IMG/VR virus record: IMGVR_UViG_3300044492_000094 | Coordinates: 1 to 35,611 of that record | From: a virus | Taxonomy: Duplodnaviria; Caudoviricetes | DNA: 35,611 nt | Direction: 5' to 3' (one strand) | In this document: in pieces, positions 1-6,832 of the stretch | Position numbering within the stretch: the stretch's first letter is position 1 | Layout: every line of letters begins with the position of its first letter | Program-made: the position numbers and the translations under genes | Notes under the pieces: generated by a model | The model's input: only the letters and a program-made list of their open reading frames with translations | What the model was told of the DNA's origin: nothing | The model's database searches: none

Positions 1-216
1 CTCGTCAACGACCGGCTCGAGGTGCTCAAGCATCTCCGCGAGGCGCGCAAGGCTCTCGCCCAGACCGTGCCCCACGGGCGCAACTATATCGGTGACGACG
101 CCGGGTATCATTTCGACCGCGACGTGTGGGGTGACCGCGCGATCCGGCTCGAGGAACTGATCGCGGTCATCGAGGTCGAGGCCGAGGCGATCTTCAACCT
201 GCCGGGGAGGCCATGA
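1..216 (+). CDS. Hypothetical phage protein, probably truncated at the window start
   Basis: Frame is open from base 1 with genome-typical codons; ORF track 22..216; stop lies 1 nt before the next ATG. Confidence 0.6.
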   Translation, partial: LVNDRLEVLKHLREARKALAQTVPHGRNYIGDDAGYHFDRDVWGDRAIRLEELIAVIEVEAEAIFNLPGRP

Positions 217-217
217 C

Positions 218-442
218 ATGACCAAGACCAAGACCAAGCTGACCCTCGTCGCCGGGCGACTGCCCGACGAGAGCGACCTGCTCAGCATTCCGCTTGCCCA
301 TACGAGCGAGTACGAACTGAGCGACCACGAGACCAAGGTCCTGCGCACCCGCATCTATGCGCTGAACAAGTCCAACGCGAGCTTCCGCTTCCGCACGATG
401 CGGGAGTATCCCCTGCTGCTCGTGATGAAGATCAGGAAGTAG
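218..442 (+). CDS. Small basic hypothetical protein (74 aa), possibly DNA-binding
   Basis: GGGAGG RBS at 205-210; genome-typical codon usage; basic C-terminal half. Confidence 0.7.
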   Translation: MTKTKTKLTLVAGRLPDESDLLSIPLAHTSEYELSDHETKVLRTRIYALNKSNASFRFRTMREYPLLLVMKIRK

Positions 443-443
443 C

Positions 444-602
444 ATGACCACGAAGCTCATCCACGGCAGGCGGCAGGCGGTGCGGGTGAACCGCGCCGCC
501 CGCGCCAAGACCGGCTGGTTCAACTGGTATGTCGATCGCGGTCGGCTGCCGCTCAACCCGACAGCGCGCGACCTGCGCATGATATCTTGGAGGCGACCAT
601 GA
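444..602 (+). CDS. Small basic hypothetical protein (52 aa, MTTKLIHGRRQ...WRRP), not in ORF track
   Basis: Hand translation; fills the gap exactly; TGA overlaps the next ATG (ATGA at 599-602). Confidence 0.6.
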   Translation: MTTKLIHGRRQAVRVNRAARAKTGWFNWYVDRGRLPLNPTARDLRMISWRRP

Positions 603-790
603 CCGGAGCCGAGTTCAAAGCCGCGCGCGATGCGCTCGGCCTTACCCAGAAGGAGATGGCGAGCGAGCTTCACATGGGGCGGTGGGGCTGGCAGACGATC
701 ATCGGCTGGGAGGCCGACCGCAAGCCCGTCCCGGCGCTCACCGCGATGGTGGTCGAGCGCCTCGTCTCCGAGCGCGGCGCGCTGGCATGA
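599..790 (+). CDS. XRE/Cro-family helix-turn-helix protein (63 aa)
   Basis: MTGAEFKAARDALGLTQKEMA...QTIIGWE..KPVP pattern typical of HTH_XRE; GGAGG RBS at 589-593; ATGA coupling. Confidence 0.85.
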   Translation: MTGAEFKAARDALGLTQKEMASELHMGRWGWQTIIGWEADRKPVPALTAMVVERLVSERGALA

Positions 791-972
791 TGATCTGGTA
801 TGTCCTCGCCGCTGCCGCCGGTGCCGCGACCGGCTGGGCGCTCGCCGACCGCGCCGCCCGCCACAGCCTCGGCGGTGCGCCGCTGAACGAGCGGCTGCTG
901 GTGATCGGGCTCTGCACGATCGGCGCGGTCGTCGCCTTGGCGCTGATCAGCACGGCGGTCTCGCTCTTGTGA
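787..972 (+). CDS. Small membrane protein (61 aa, two hydrophobic segments)
   Basis: MMIWYVLAAAAGAATGWAL...LLVIGLCTIGAVVALALISTAVSLL; ATGA and GTGA overlaps with neighbours. Confidence 0.65.
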   Translation: MMIWYVLAAAAGAATGWALADRAARHSLGGAPLNERLLVIGLCTIGAVVALALISTAVSLL

Positions 973-1232
973 CCGAGCCGGTCGATGTCGCTGCGATCCG
1001 CGCGCTGATCATCCCCGCCACCCGTACCGTCTACCGGACGGCGGACATTCGCGGCAAGACCAACGCGCGGGTCGCGATCCTCGCGGTGCTGCCCGACGTG
1101 CTCGAGGAGATCGAGCAGCTGCGCGCCGCCGTCCGCCTGCACGCCGCCGCCACCGACATCTGGATGGAGCGCGCGGGCGATGCCGAGGCTCGCCTTGCCG
1201 AAGCCCGCGCAGCACGGGAGGACCAGCCATGA
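969..1232 (+). CDS. Hypothetical coiled-coil protein (87 aa, GTG start)
   Basis: C-terminal part of ORF 630..1232; GTGA overlap at 969-972; LPDVLEEIEQLR helix typical of phage accessory proteins. Confidence 0.6.
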   Translation: MTEPVDVAAIRALIIPATRTVYRTADIRGKTNARVAILAVLPDVLEEIEQLRAAVRLHAAATDIWMERAGDAEARLAEARAAREDQP

Positions 1233-1768
1233 CCACTGACCCGCTGCCGGTCGAGCAGGATGATCGGGATGCTGCCGAGTTCGCCGCGAAAGACATTTAT
1301 TTCGCCAACAGCCATACTCTGTGCGAAGCTGATCAAGCAGAAATAGCGGGCATTCTCACCCAAGCCTTCGCCCGCCACCGTCTCGCCACCCGACCGCAGC
1401 ACGACCGCGAGGCGATTGCGCGGCTAGAATGTCCGTTCTGTGCCGGGACTGATATCCGCTTCAACAACCACGGGAGAAAGGAACGCAAGTTCGGCGACAC
1501 GCATACCGATGCGATGCACTACGGCGACACCATCTGGTCGACGTGCTGCTATCAATGCGGTGCGACATTCCCGAACATGTACAGCCGCGAGAAGCTGGAA
1601 GAGAAGTGGCGGCAGCGCCCAGCCACCCGCGCGCAGCCAGACCGCGAGGCGATTGCGCGGCTCGCTGAACGGTTCTGGCGGGTGCATCCGAAGGAACTAC
1701 AGGACGCGGGCATAACACGGCAGCAATTCTACGAACGCGAGATGCTCGCCCTCATCGCATCCGGGTGA
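1229..1768 (+). CDS. Mosaic accessory protein with Lar (restriction alleviation)-like zinc ribbon
   Basis: CPFC...CYQC zinc ligands followed by ...EEKW; GGAGG RBS; ATGA coupling; lower GC than flanks. Confidence 0.7.
   Translation: MTTDPLPVEQDDRDAAEFAAKDIYFANSHTLCEADQAEIAGILTQAFARHRLATRPQHDREAIARLECPFCAGTDIRFNNHGRKERKFGDTHTDAMHYGDTIWSTCCYQCGATFPNMYSREKLEEKWRQRPATRAQPDREAIARLAERFWRVHPKELQDAGITRQQFYEREMLALIASG
1385..1662 (+). repeat. Imperfect 41-bp direct repeat (1385-1425 and 1622-1662) with a 23-bp identical core
   Basis: GACCGCGAGGCGATTGCGCGGCT at 1403-1425 and 1640-1662; encodes ATRPQHDREAIARL and ATRAQPDREAIARL. Confidence 0.9.
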
Positions 1769-1790
1769 ATACAGTCACACCCGGACACTG

Positions 1791-1825
1791 GGATGGCGAG
1801 GGCGTGCCCCCGCCATCCGCTTTTT
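1791..1825 (+). terminator. Rho-independent terminator between convergent gene blocks
   Basis: GGATGGCG(A)GGGC-GT-GCCC(C)CGCCATCC hairpin followed by GCTTTTT. Confidence 0.75.
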
Positions 1826-1830
1826 ACGCC

Positions 1831-2190
1831 CTACTTCTTGGGCTCCGCGTGGGGCGGCAGTCCCTGATCTGGCCTGTTGCCCGGTGCCTTCACGTTCGGA
1901 TCGAGGTCCGGGTTGACGTTCGGGTTGAGCCCGCCGCCCGGCAGCGTGTTGTCGATCCCCGGCTGGCTGCCCGGCAGCGTGTTGTCGGGACGACCGGGCT
2001 GACCCGGAAGGGTGTTGTCGATCCCCGGCTGGTCACCCGGTAGCTCGTTGTCGATGTCGGGCTGTTCGCCCGGCAGGCCCTGATCAGGACGACCGGGCTG
2101 ACCCGGCTTGCGGTCCTCGCGGCGGTCCTCGCTGCGATCGCGGCGATCTTCCCGGCGGTCTTCACCGGGCGGTTGGTTCTTCTGGTCCAT
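1831..2190 (-). CDS. Pro/Gly/Asp-rich repeat protein (119 aa) with PGIDNTLPG / PDQGLP repeats
   Basis: Strong AAGGAG RBS; internal repeats, e.g. 21-bp identity at 1946-1966 and 2012-2032. Confidence 0.8.
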   Translation of the reverse strand: MDQKNQPPGEDRREDRRDRSEDRREDRKPGQPGRPDQGLPGEQPDIDNELPGDQPGIDNTLPGQPGRPDNTLPGSQPGIDNTLPGGGLNPNVNPDLDPNVKAPGNRPDQGLPPHAEPKK

Positions 2191-2210
2191 GTCACTCTCC
2201 TTGTGGTGGG

Positions 2211-3530
2211 CTAGCCGCTGGCCTGCTGCAGCTGAGCGTCGGTGAGGCGGGTGTTCCAGTAGCGTATCCGACGCAGATGACCATTGAGATATGCCGCCAC
2301 GGGTGTAACGCCCCCGAGCCGCATCTGGGTCACCGTCGGGATCGTGCCGACCGCGTCGAGCGCTGGCACCCCGCCGTTCAGGACGAGCGAGAAATCATTC
2401 GCCGCCCACGCCGCCGCGACCTTGGACACCGTCGTCGCCAGTGCGGCGTTGGCGGTGTTGTGCGCGACCTGCGCGACGCTCGCCGTCGTGACCGCGAGGC
2501 TGCCCAGCCCCGGCGTCACCCGTGCCAGCGTGATCTTGTTGTTCGCCGTGGCGTCGTCGATCGACATCAGCGGGTTGTTGACCGCGCCGAACCCGTTGAG
2601 ATCATGGTCGACGACGATCGAGCCGGTCGCGGCATTGTACCAAGCCGAGAAGTTGGTGCCCGTCATGATCAGCCCGTCGGCGGTGCGCGACACCGCCGCT
2701 GCCACCGTCGGGATGTACGAGGTCGGCACCGCCGACTGCTCGACCTGCGCGCCGTACATATAGTAGGCGGCGCCGTTGACCCTGACGAGGCTGAAGTCGG
2801 CGTTGGCCGAGAAGGTCCGCACCAGCATGCCGGTGATGGCGCCCATGATCACCGTGACGACGCAGCGATACCAGCCGTTGCCCGCCGGGTAGATCCGCCC
2901 GAGCACGTTGGTGCCGGTGCCGAGCCCTTGGCTCGCGCCGACCGTGCCGTTCTGGATGTCGAACCAGATCTGGCAGCCATTGGCGAGGCTGGGGTTGGTA
3001 ACCGCCATGCAGATGTAGCGGCAGTTGTTGTACTTGAAGTAGCGCGACACGCTGTAGATCATGCCCGAGGTCACGGTCAGCTGGGTGTTGACCAAGAGCG
3101 CGGTGCCCGCCGACCCCTCGGTGACCTGCGCGGCGTTGACCGTGCCGTCGGGCGATGCGGTCGCCGCCGCCGTGACGATGCTGTCGGTCGGCACCCACGG
3201 CGCTGCGGCGAAGCCGTTGCTCTGGATCTGGATGTTGGTGCCCGCGCCCTCGACATAGACGCCGAGCGGCGCCAAGGTCGCCGGGTCGTAGTCGAAGCGC
3301 GGCGTCACCGCCGTGACCAGCACCCCCGATGCGTTTACACGCGTCGCGTTGGCGCCGCCCGAGGCGGTGATCCGCGCGTCCAGTACCTCCGAGCCGGTGA
3401 AGCCGATGTCGAGCGCGGCGGCGGGGAGCGCGGGCGGCGCGACGCCGGGTTTCCAGATCGGCCACTCGCCGAACCCGGCGGCGAACGGCAGCCCGATGCG
3501 GCGCCCGAACGGGTAGCCGAAGTTCTTCAC
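2211..3530 (-). CDS. Virion spike/fibre protein with lectin (ConA/LamG-like) domains
   Basis: Motifs ATRVN..G, PRFDYDP, G..VEG..TN, YGAQVEQ...PTSYIPT...SRTAD and LNGHLRRIRYWNTRL are typical of phage head-spike/minor structural proteins; GTGA overlap. Confidence 0.7.
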   Translation of the reverse strand: MKNFGYPFGRRIGLPFAAGFGEWPIWKPGVAPPALPAAALDIGFTGSEVLDARITASGGANATRVNASGVLVTAVTPRFDYDPATLAPLGVYVEGAGTNIQIQSNGFAAAPWVPTDSIVTAAATASPDGTVNAAQVTEGSAGTALLVNTQLTVTSGMIYSVSRYFKYNNCRYICMAVTNPSLANGCQIWFDIQNGTVGASQGLGTGTNVLGRIYPAGNGWYRCVVTVIMGAITGMLVRTFSANADFSLVRVNGAAYYMYGAQVEQSAVPTSYIPTVAAAVSRTADGLIMTGTNFSAWYNAATGSIVVDHDLNGFGAVNNPLMSIDDATANNKITLARVTPGLGSLAVTTASVAQVAHNTANAALATTVSKVAAAWAANDFSLVLNGGVPALDAVGTIPTVTQMRLGGVTPVAAYLNGHLRRIRYWNTRLTDAQLQQASG

Positions 3531-3802
3531 GTCCCGCTCTCGAGCACCCCGACCGCCGTGTCGGTCGGGCGCATGCCGTTCATCCGCAGGCTGACGCTGT
3601 CCCCGCTCAGCACCCCCAACGAGATCCAGCCGTCGGTCTCGCCGACCGGCACGAGGCTGGTGACACCGTTGGCGACGATGGCGAGGGTGAAGGCCGGGGA
3701 GCCGGTGGTCGAGGAGAAGCGCACGCGCAGCTTCTCGCCCGCGCCGATCACGATCGCGGCGCTGGTGCCCGAGCCGGTGAGGTTGAAGGTCTGTGCTGGC
3801 AC
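3527..3802 (-). CDS. Small beta-rich hypothetical (structural?) protein, 91 aa, GTG start
   Basis: AAGGAG RBS 7 nt upstream of GTG at 3802; C-terminal part of ORF 3527..3991. Confidence 0.7.
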   Translation of the reverse strand: MPAQTFNLTGSGTSAAIVIGAGEKLRVRFSSTTGSPAFTLAIVANGVTSLVPVGETDGWISLGVLSGDSVSLRMNGMRPTDTAVGVLESGT

Positions 3803-3806
3803 GGTG

Positions 3807-3977
3807 CTACTCCTTGGTTGAACGGGGCTTGGCCTTGGCCTTCGGCGCGGCCTTGCGCTTCGGCGCGGGCTCGGGCGGTGTCGTGTCGCGCGGGTCCACC
3901 CGGTCGGCCAGCGCGGCAGCTCTCCGCTTGGCGTAGAAGGTGCCGATGTCGCGGCTCCGATCCTTGTCGTCGGGCAT
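3807..3977 (-). CDS. Small basic Lys/Pro/Ala-rich protein (56 aa)
   Basis: GAGGA RBS; MPDDKDRSRD...PAPKRKAAPKAKAKPRSTKE; fills the gap between genes. Confidence 0.65.
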   Translation of the reverse strand: MPDDKDRSRDIGTFYAKRRAAALADRVDPRDTTPPEPAPKRKAAPKAKAKPRSTKE

Positions 3978-3987
3978 TGTCCGGTCC

Positions 3988-5223
3988 TCAATAATTGTTC
4001 GCCACCCGCTTGTTGACGCCCGAGCCGCCGTCGCTCGGGACGGTGCAGCCGCCGAGCAGGTTGTCCGATATGTTGTAGCGATCCGAGGCGCCGGGATCGA
4101 CATAGGCCGAGCCCAGCTGGCGGTAGGTGGTGGTGTCAGGATCGCGCTGGAACAGGCAGTTGCGCACCATGAAGTCGGTGCCCGGCTGCAAGAAGGTCAG
4201 CCCCCAGCCGTCCGATGTGCGGCTGAAATGGTTGCGCTTTATACTGACGCCTTCGAACAGCGTGAACTTGTTGTCATTGTAGACCAGCGCGCCGGTGTTG
4301 CCGTTGTTGTAGAACTCGCCACCGAGGAACTTGGTGTGGCTGCACTGTGACATATCGACCCCGGCGACATTGAGCGCGGAGGCATAGCCGACCGCCTCGT
4401 CATGCCCGCCGCTCGAGAACCAGCAGTCGGTGAAGCTGGTGTGCGAGGACTGGCGCAGGAACAACGGCGCACCCTTCGAACTGTCGCAGAAGACCTGTGA
4501 GAACTTGTTGTACCACGGCGACTGCCCGCGCAGCACGCTGCCCGCATTGCCCGCCGTAGCGATCGAATGGCCCAGCCCGAGGGTGATATCGCCTTGGCTC
4601 GCGGTGAACCCCTCGACCCCGCCGATCAGCGAGATAGCCGCGTCGGCGCCGTTGATGCTGTCGGTCGCGTGAAACCGGAATTGTGTAAGGTTGATGTCGA
4701 GCGCGTTTTCCACAAGCAGCGCCGAGCGCTTGTAGCTGAAAGCACGGTAGCCGATAATCGAATGGTTGCCGCTCGACCCGCCCGCCGCGTTGGTGATGCG
4801 GATGCCGTTCCAGACGTCCTCGCACCAGATGTCGCGCAGGTCGCAGAAGAACGCGGTGTCGAGCAGGATGCCGTCGGCGCCCGCCACCGGCGTGCCCGCA
4901 TAGCCGAGCCGCAGGTTGCTGATCTGCACCCGCTGGACGTTCGCCGCCACGAGGATCGGGACATTGAGCGCGGTGCATCGGATCAGCGTGCCCGAGGTGT
5001 TGGCTCCTTGGAGGCTGACATGATCGGGCACGACGAGCGTGCCCGAGGTCTTGTAGCTGGTCGCCGCCCCGCGCGGCTCGGGCAGGATCACCCGGTCGGC
5101 GCCGCTGTTGAGCGCCGCCTGTATCGCCGCCCGGTCGTCGGTGACGCCGTCGCCCTTGGCGCCATAGTCGATGACGTTGACCTCGTTGCGGGTCAGGTGC
5201 TGCCCGAGATTGAAAGGCTTCAT
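3988..5223 (-). CDS. Tailspike / polysaccharide depolymerase (pectate-lyase-like beta-helix)
   Basis: VNVIDYGAKGDGVTDDRAAIQAA N-terminal motif followed by beta-helix repeats. Confidence 0.8.
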   Translation of the reverse strand: MKPFNLGQHLTRNEVNVIDYGAKGDGVTDDRAAIQAALNSGADRVILPEPRGAATSYKTSGTLVVPDHVSLQGANTSGTLIRCTALNVPILVAANVQRVQISNLRLGYAGTPVAGADGILLDTAFFCDLRDIWCEDVWNGIRITNAAGGSSGNHSIIGYRAFSYKRSALLVENALDINLTQFRFHATDSINGADAAISLIGGVEGFTASQGDITLGLGHSIATAGNAGSVLRGQSPWYNKFSQVFCDSSKGAPLFLRQSSHTSFTDCWFSSGGHDEAVGYASALNVAGVDMSQCSHTKFLGGEFYNNGNTGALVYNDNKFTLFEGVSIKRNHFSRTSDGWGLTFLQPGTDFMVRNCLFQRDPDTTTYRQLGSAYVDPGASDRYNISDNLLGGCTVPSDGGSGVNKRVANNY

Positions 5224-5492
5224 CGTGGTGTCCTCTCGGGGCTCTGGCGATAATAGGCCGCGAAGACCGGGTCCTTCATATGCTCGGCAAGCTGCTCGGC
5301 GCTGACCTGACCCGAGCGGATACAGTCGAGCAACGGTGCCATCACCTCGTCGCGCTTCGCCGCGTCCGCCTTGACCTGCTCGCCGTCAGCTTCCAGCTTG
5401 TCGATGCGCGCCATCATCTCTGCCTTCTCGAGCACCATCTGCCCGATCATCTGGGCAAGATATGTCGAGGCGCTGTCGATCAGCAGCGCCAT
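5220..5492 (-). CDS. Hypothetical helical protein (90 aa), possible spike chaperone
   Basis: C-terminal part of ORF 5220..6374 starting MALLIDSAS; TGATG and ATGA coupling on both sides. Confidence 0.7.
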   Translation of the reverse strand: MALLIDSASTYLAQMIGQMVLEKAEMMARIDKLEADGEQVKADAAKRDEVMAPLLDCIRSGQVSAEQLAEHMKDPVFAAYYRQSPERTPR

Positions 5493-6652
5493 CAGTTCGC
5501 CACCCGCAACATGCGGAAGCCCGACCCGCCGCTGTCGACCGCGCCGACCTGTACCTGACGCGCCAATCCCCCGGCCACGATCTTCACCGGATTGGTGCCG
5601 TCGCTGACAAGCTCGAGCCCCGTGAACCGGGCGCCGCCGCCCATCGTGTTGGCTTGGAACACGATCCCGCCCGCGTTGAAGATCACCGCGCCGCCATTGT
5701 CGACGGTACAGATCGAGGCGACCATGCCTGCGCCTAACCCGCTGCCAGCGCCCGCGGCCCATCCGATCACATGCCCCGGCGCGTTGGCCTGCAACTGGAC
5801 CGCCGCGTTGCTGTAGCTGAGATAGCCAGCGCGGAAGCCATAGCCGATCGTCTTGGCCCCCAGCGTCGCGATGCTGCCGTGGAGTAGCGCCGCACCGGCT
5901 GAGAGAGGAAAGTCGGCGTCGGTGCCAGCGCCGATCTGCACGCCGTTCTTGTAGCCCGCCGCTCCGGCGCCCTGCTTGGCGATCCAGATCGCCGCATCGT
6001 GGACCGAGCCAACCCCGATCGAGGTCGAGATGTCGACGATCTGCAGGCCGGTCTTGCGGACCACCGCCGCGCACCGGACATCGGTGTTGACCTCGGCACC
6101 CGACACCTCGGTCCCCGCAGCTGCTGCCGCTTGCGCCGCGCCCACCGCGTTGACCCCGAAGACATTGCCGTTCGACGAGGTGTTGCCGATCGCGTTGAGC
6201 CCGACGATGAACTTGCCGCCGGTGCCGTAGGCACGTGCGTCGCATTCGACATGCGCCGCCTCGAAATGCCCGAGCGCGCCTGCCTGCAACAGCGTCCTGT
6301 AGTTGAGGCCGATCTGGAACGCGGCGGCATCGCCGCCTGCCACGAACCACACCGTCGCCTCGGGCCGCACCCATTCGCCGGGGATCTCGGCAAAGGTCGC
6401 GCCGTTGATCGTGGCACCTTGCGGCAATTCCCAGCGCACCCGCTTCGCCGCGAAGCCCAAGCCGCCCACGGCCAGATCATAATCGCCCGCGCCGGGGACG
6501 ACGACGACCCCGCCAGTGGGCGCGAGCGCGTTGATCGCCGTCTGGAAGGCGGCGGTATCATCGATCGCCCCGTCCGCTGTCGCGTCATAGGGCCAGTCGA
6601 CGACGTTGACCGGCGAGCGGGCGACGTGCTGCGAGAGATCGAAGGGGTTCAT
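5492..6652 (-). CDS. Second tailspike-like receptor-binding protein
   Basis: VNVVD..YDATADGAIDDTAAFQTAIN motif; C-terminal VGAVDSGGSGFRMLRVAN tail seen in phage spikes; GGAGG RBS. Confidence 0.75.
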   Translation of the reverse strand: MNPFDLSQHVARSPVNVVDWPYDATADGAIDDTAAFQTAINALAPTGGVVVVPGAGDYDLAVGGLGFAAKRVRWELPQGATINGATFAEIPGEWVRPEATVWFVAGGDAAAFQIGLNYRTLLQAGALGHFEAAHVECDARAYGTGGKFIVGLNAIGNTSSNGNVFGVNAVGAAQAAAAAGTEVSGAEVNTDVRCAAVVRKTGLQIVDISTSIGVGSVHDAAIWIAKQGAGAAGYKNGVQIGAGTDADFPLSAGAALLHGSIATLGAKTIGYGFRAGYLSYSNAAVQLQANAPGHVIGWAAGAGSGLGAGMVASICTVDNGGAVIFNAGGIVFQANTMGGGARFTGLELVSDGTNPVKIVAGGLARQVQVGAVDSGGSGFRMLRVAN

Positions 6653-6828
6653 CGCGCGTCCTCCCTGCGGGTTTCCGCCTCGACCACGGCCAGATCAAGT
6701 TCGAACCCCCGCGCCTGCGCGTAGAGGAACGCCGCCGCACGCGCGGCATCGGGTAGCTCTACCGCGTCATCCGGCGCATCGTCGTCGCGATGAACCCGAC
6801 CGGTCGTCTTGCTGTAAAAATAAGTCAT
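6649..6828 (-). CDS. Short tail-fibre-assembly (Tfa-like) protein, 59 aa, not in ORF track
   Basis: Hand translation MTYFYSKTTGRVHRDDDAPDDAVELPD...REDAR; resembles the YFYS..T...P.DAVE N-terminus of tail fibre assembly chaperones; ATGA coupling. Confidence 0.6.
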   Translation of the reverse strand: MTYFYSKTTGRVHRDDDAPDDAVELPDAARAAAFLYAQARGFELDLAVVEAETRREDAR

Positions 6829-6832
6829 ATCG

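Noticed and set aside
1930-2110. Short direct repeats resembling a CRISPR array
   Set aside because: Repeats are in-frame coding repeats of the 1831-2190 protein, with no unique constant-length spacers and no cas genes
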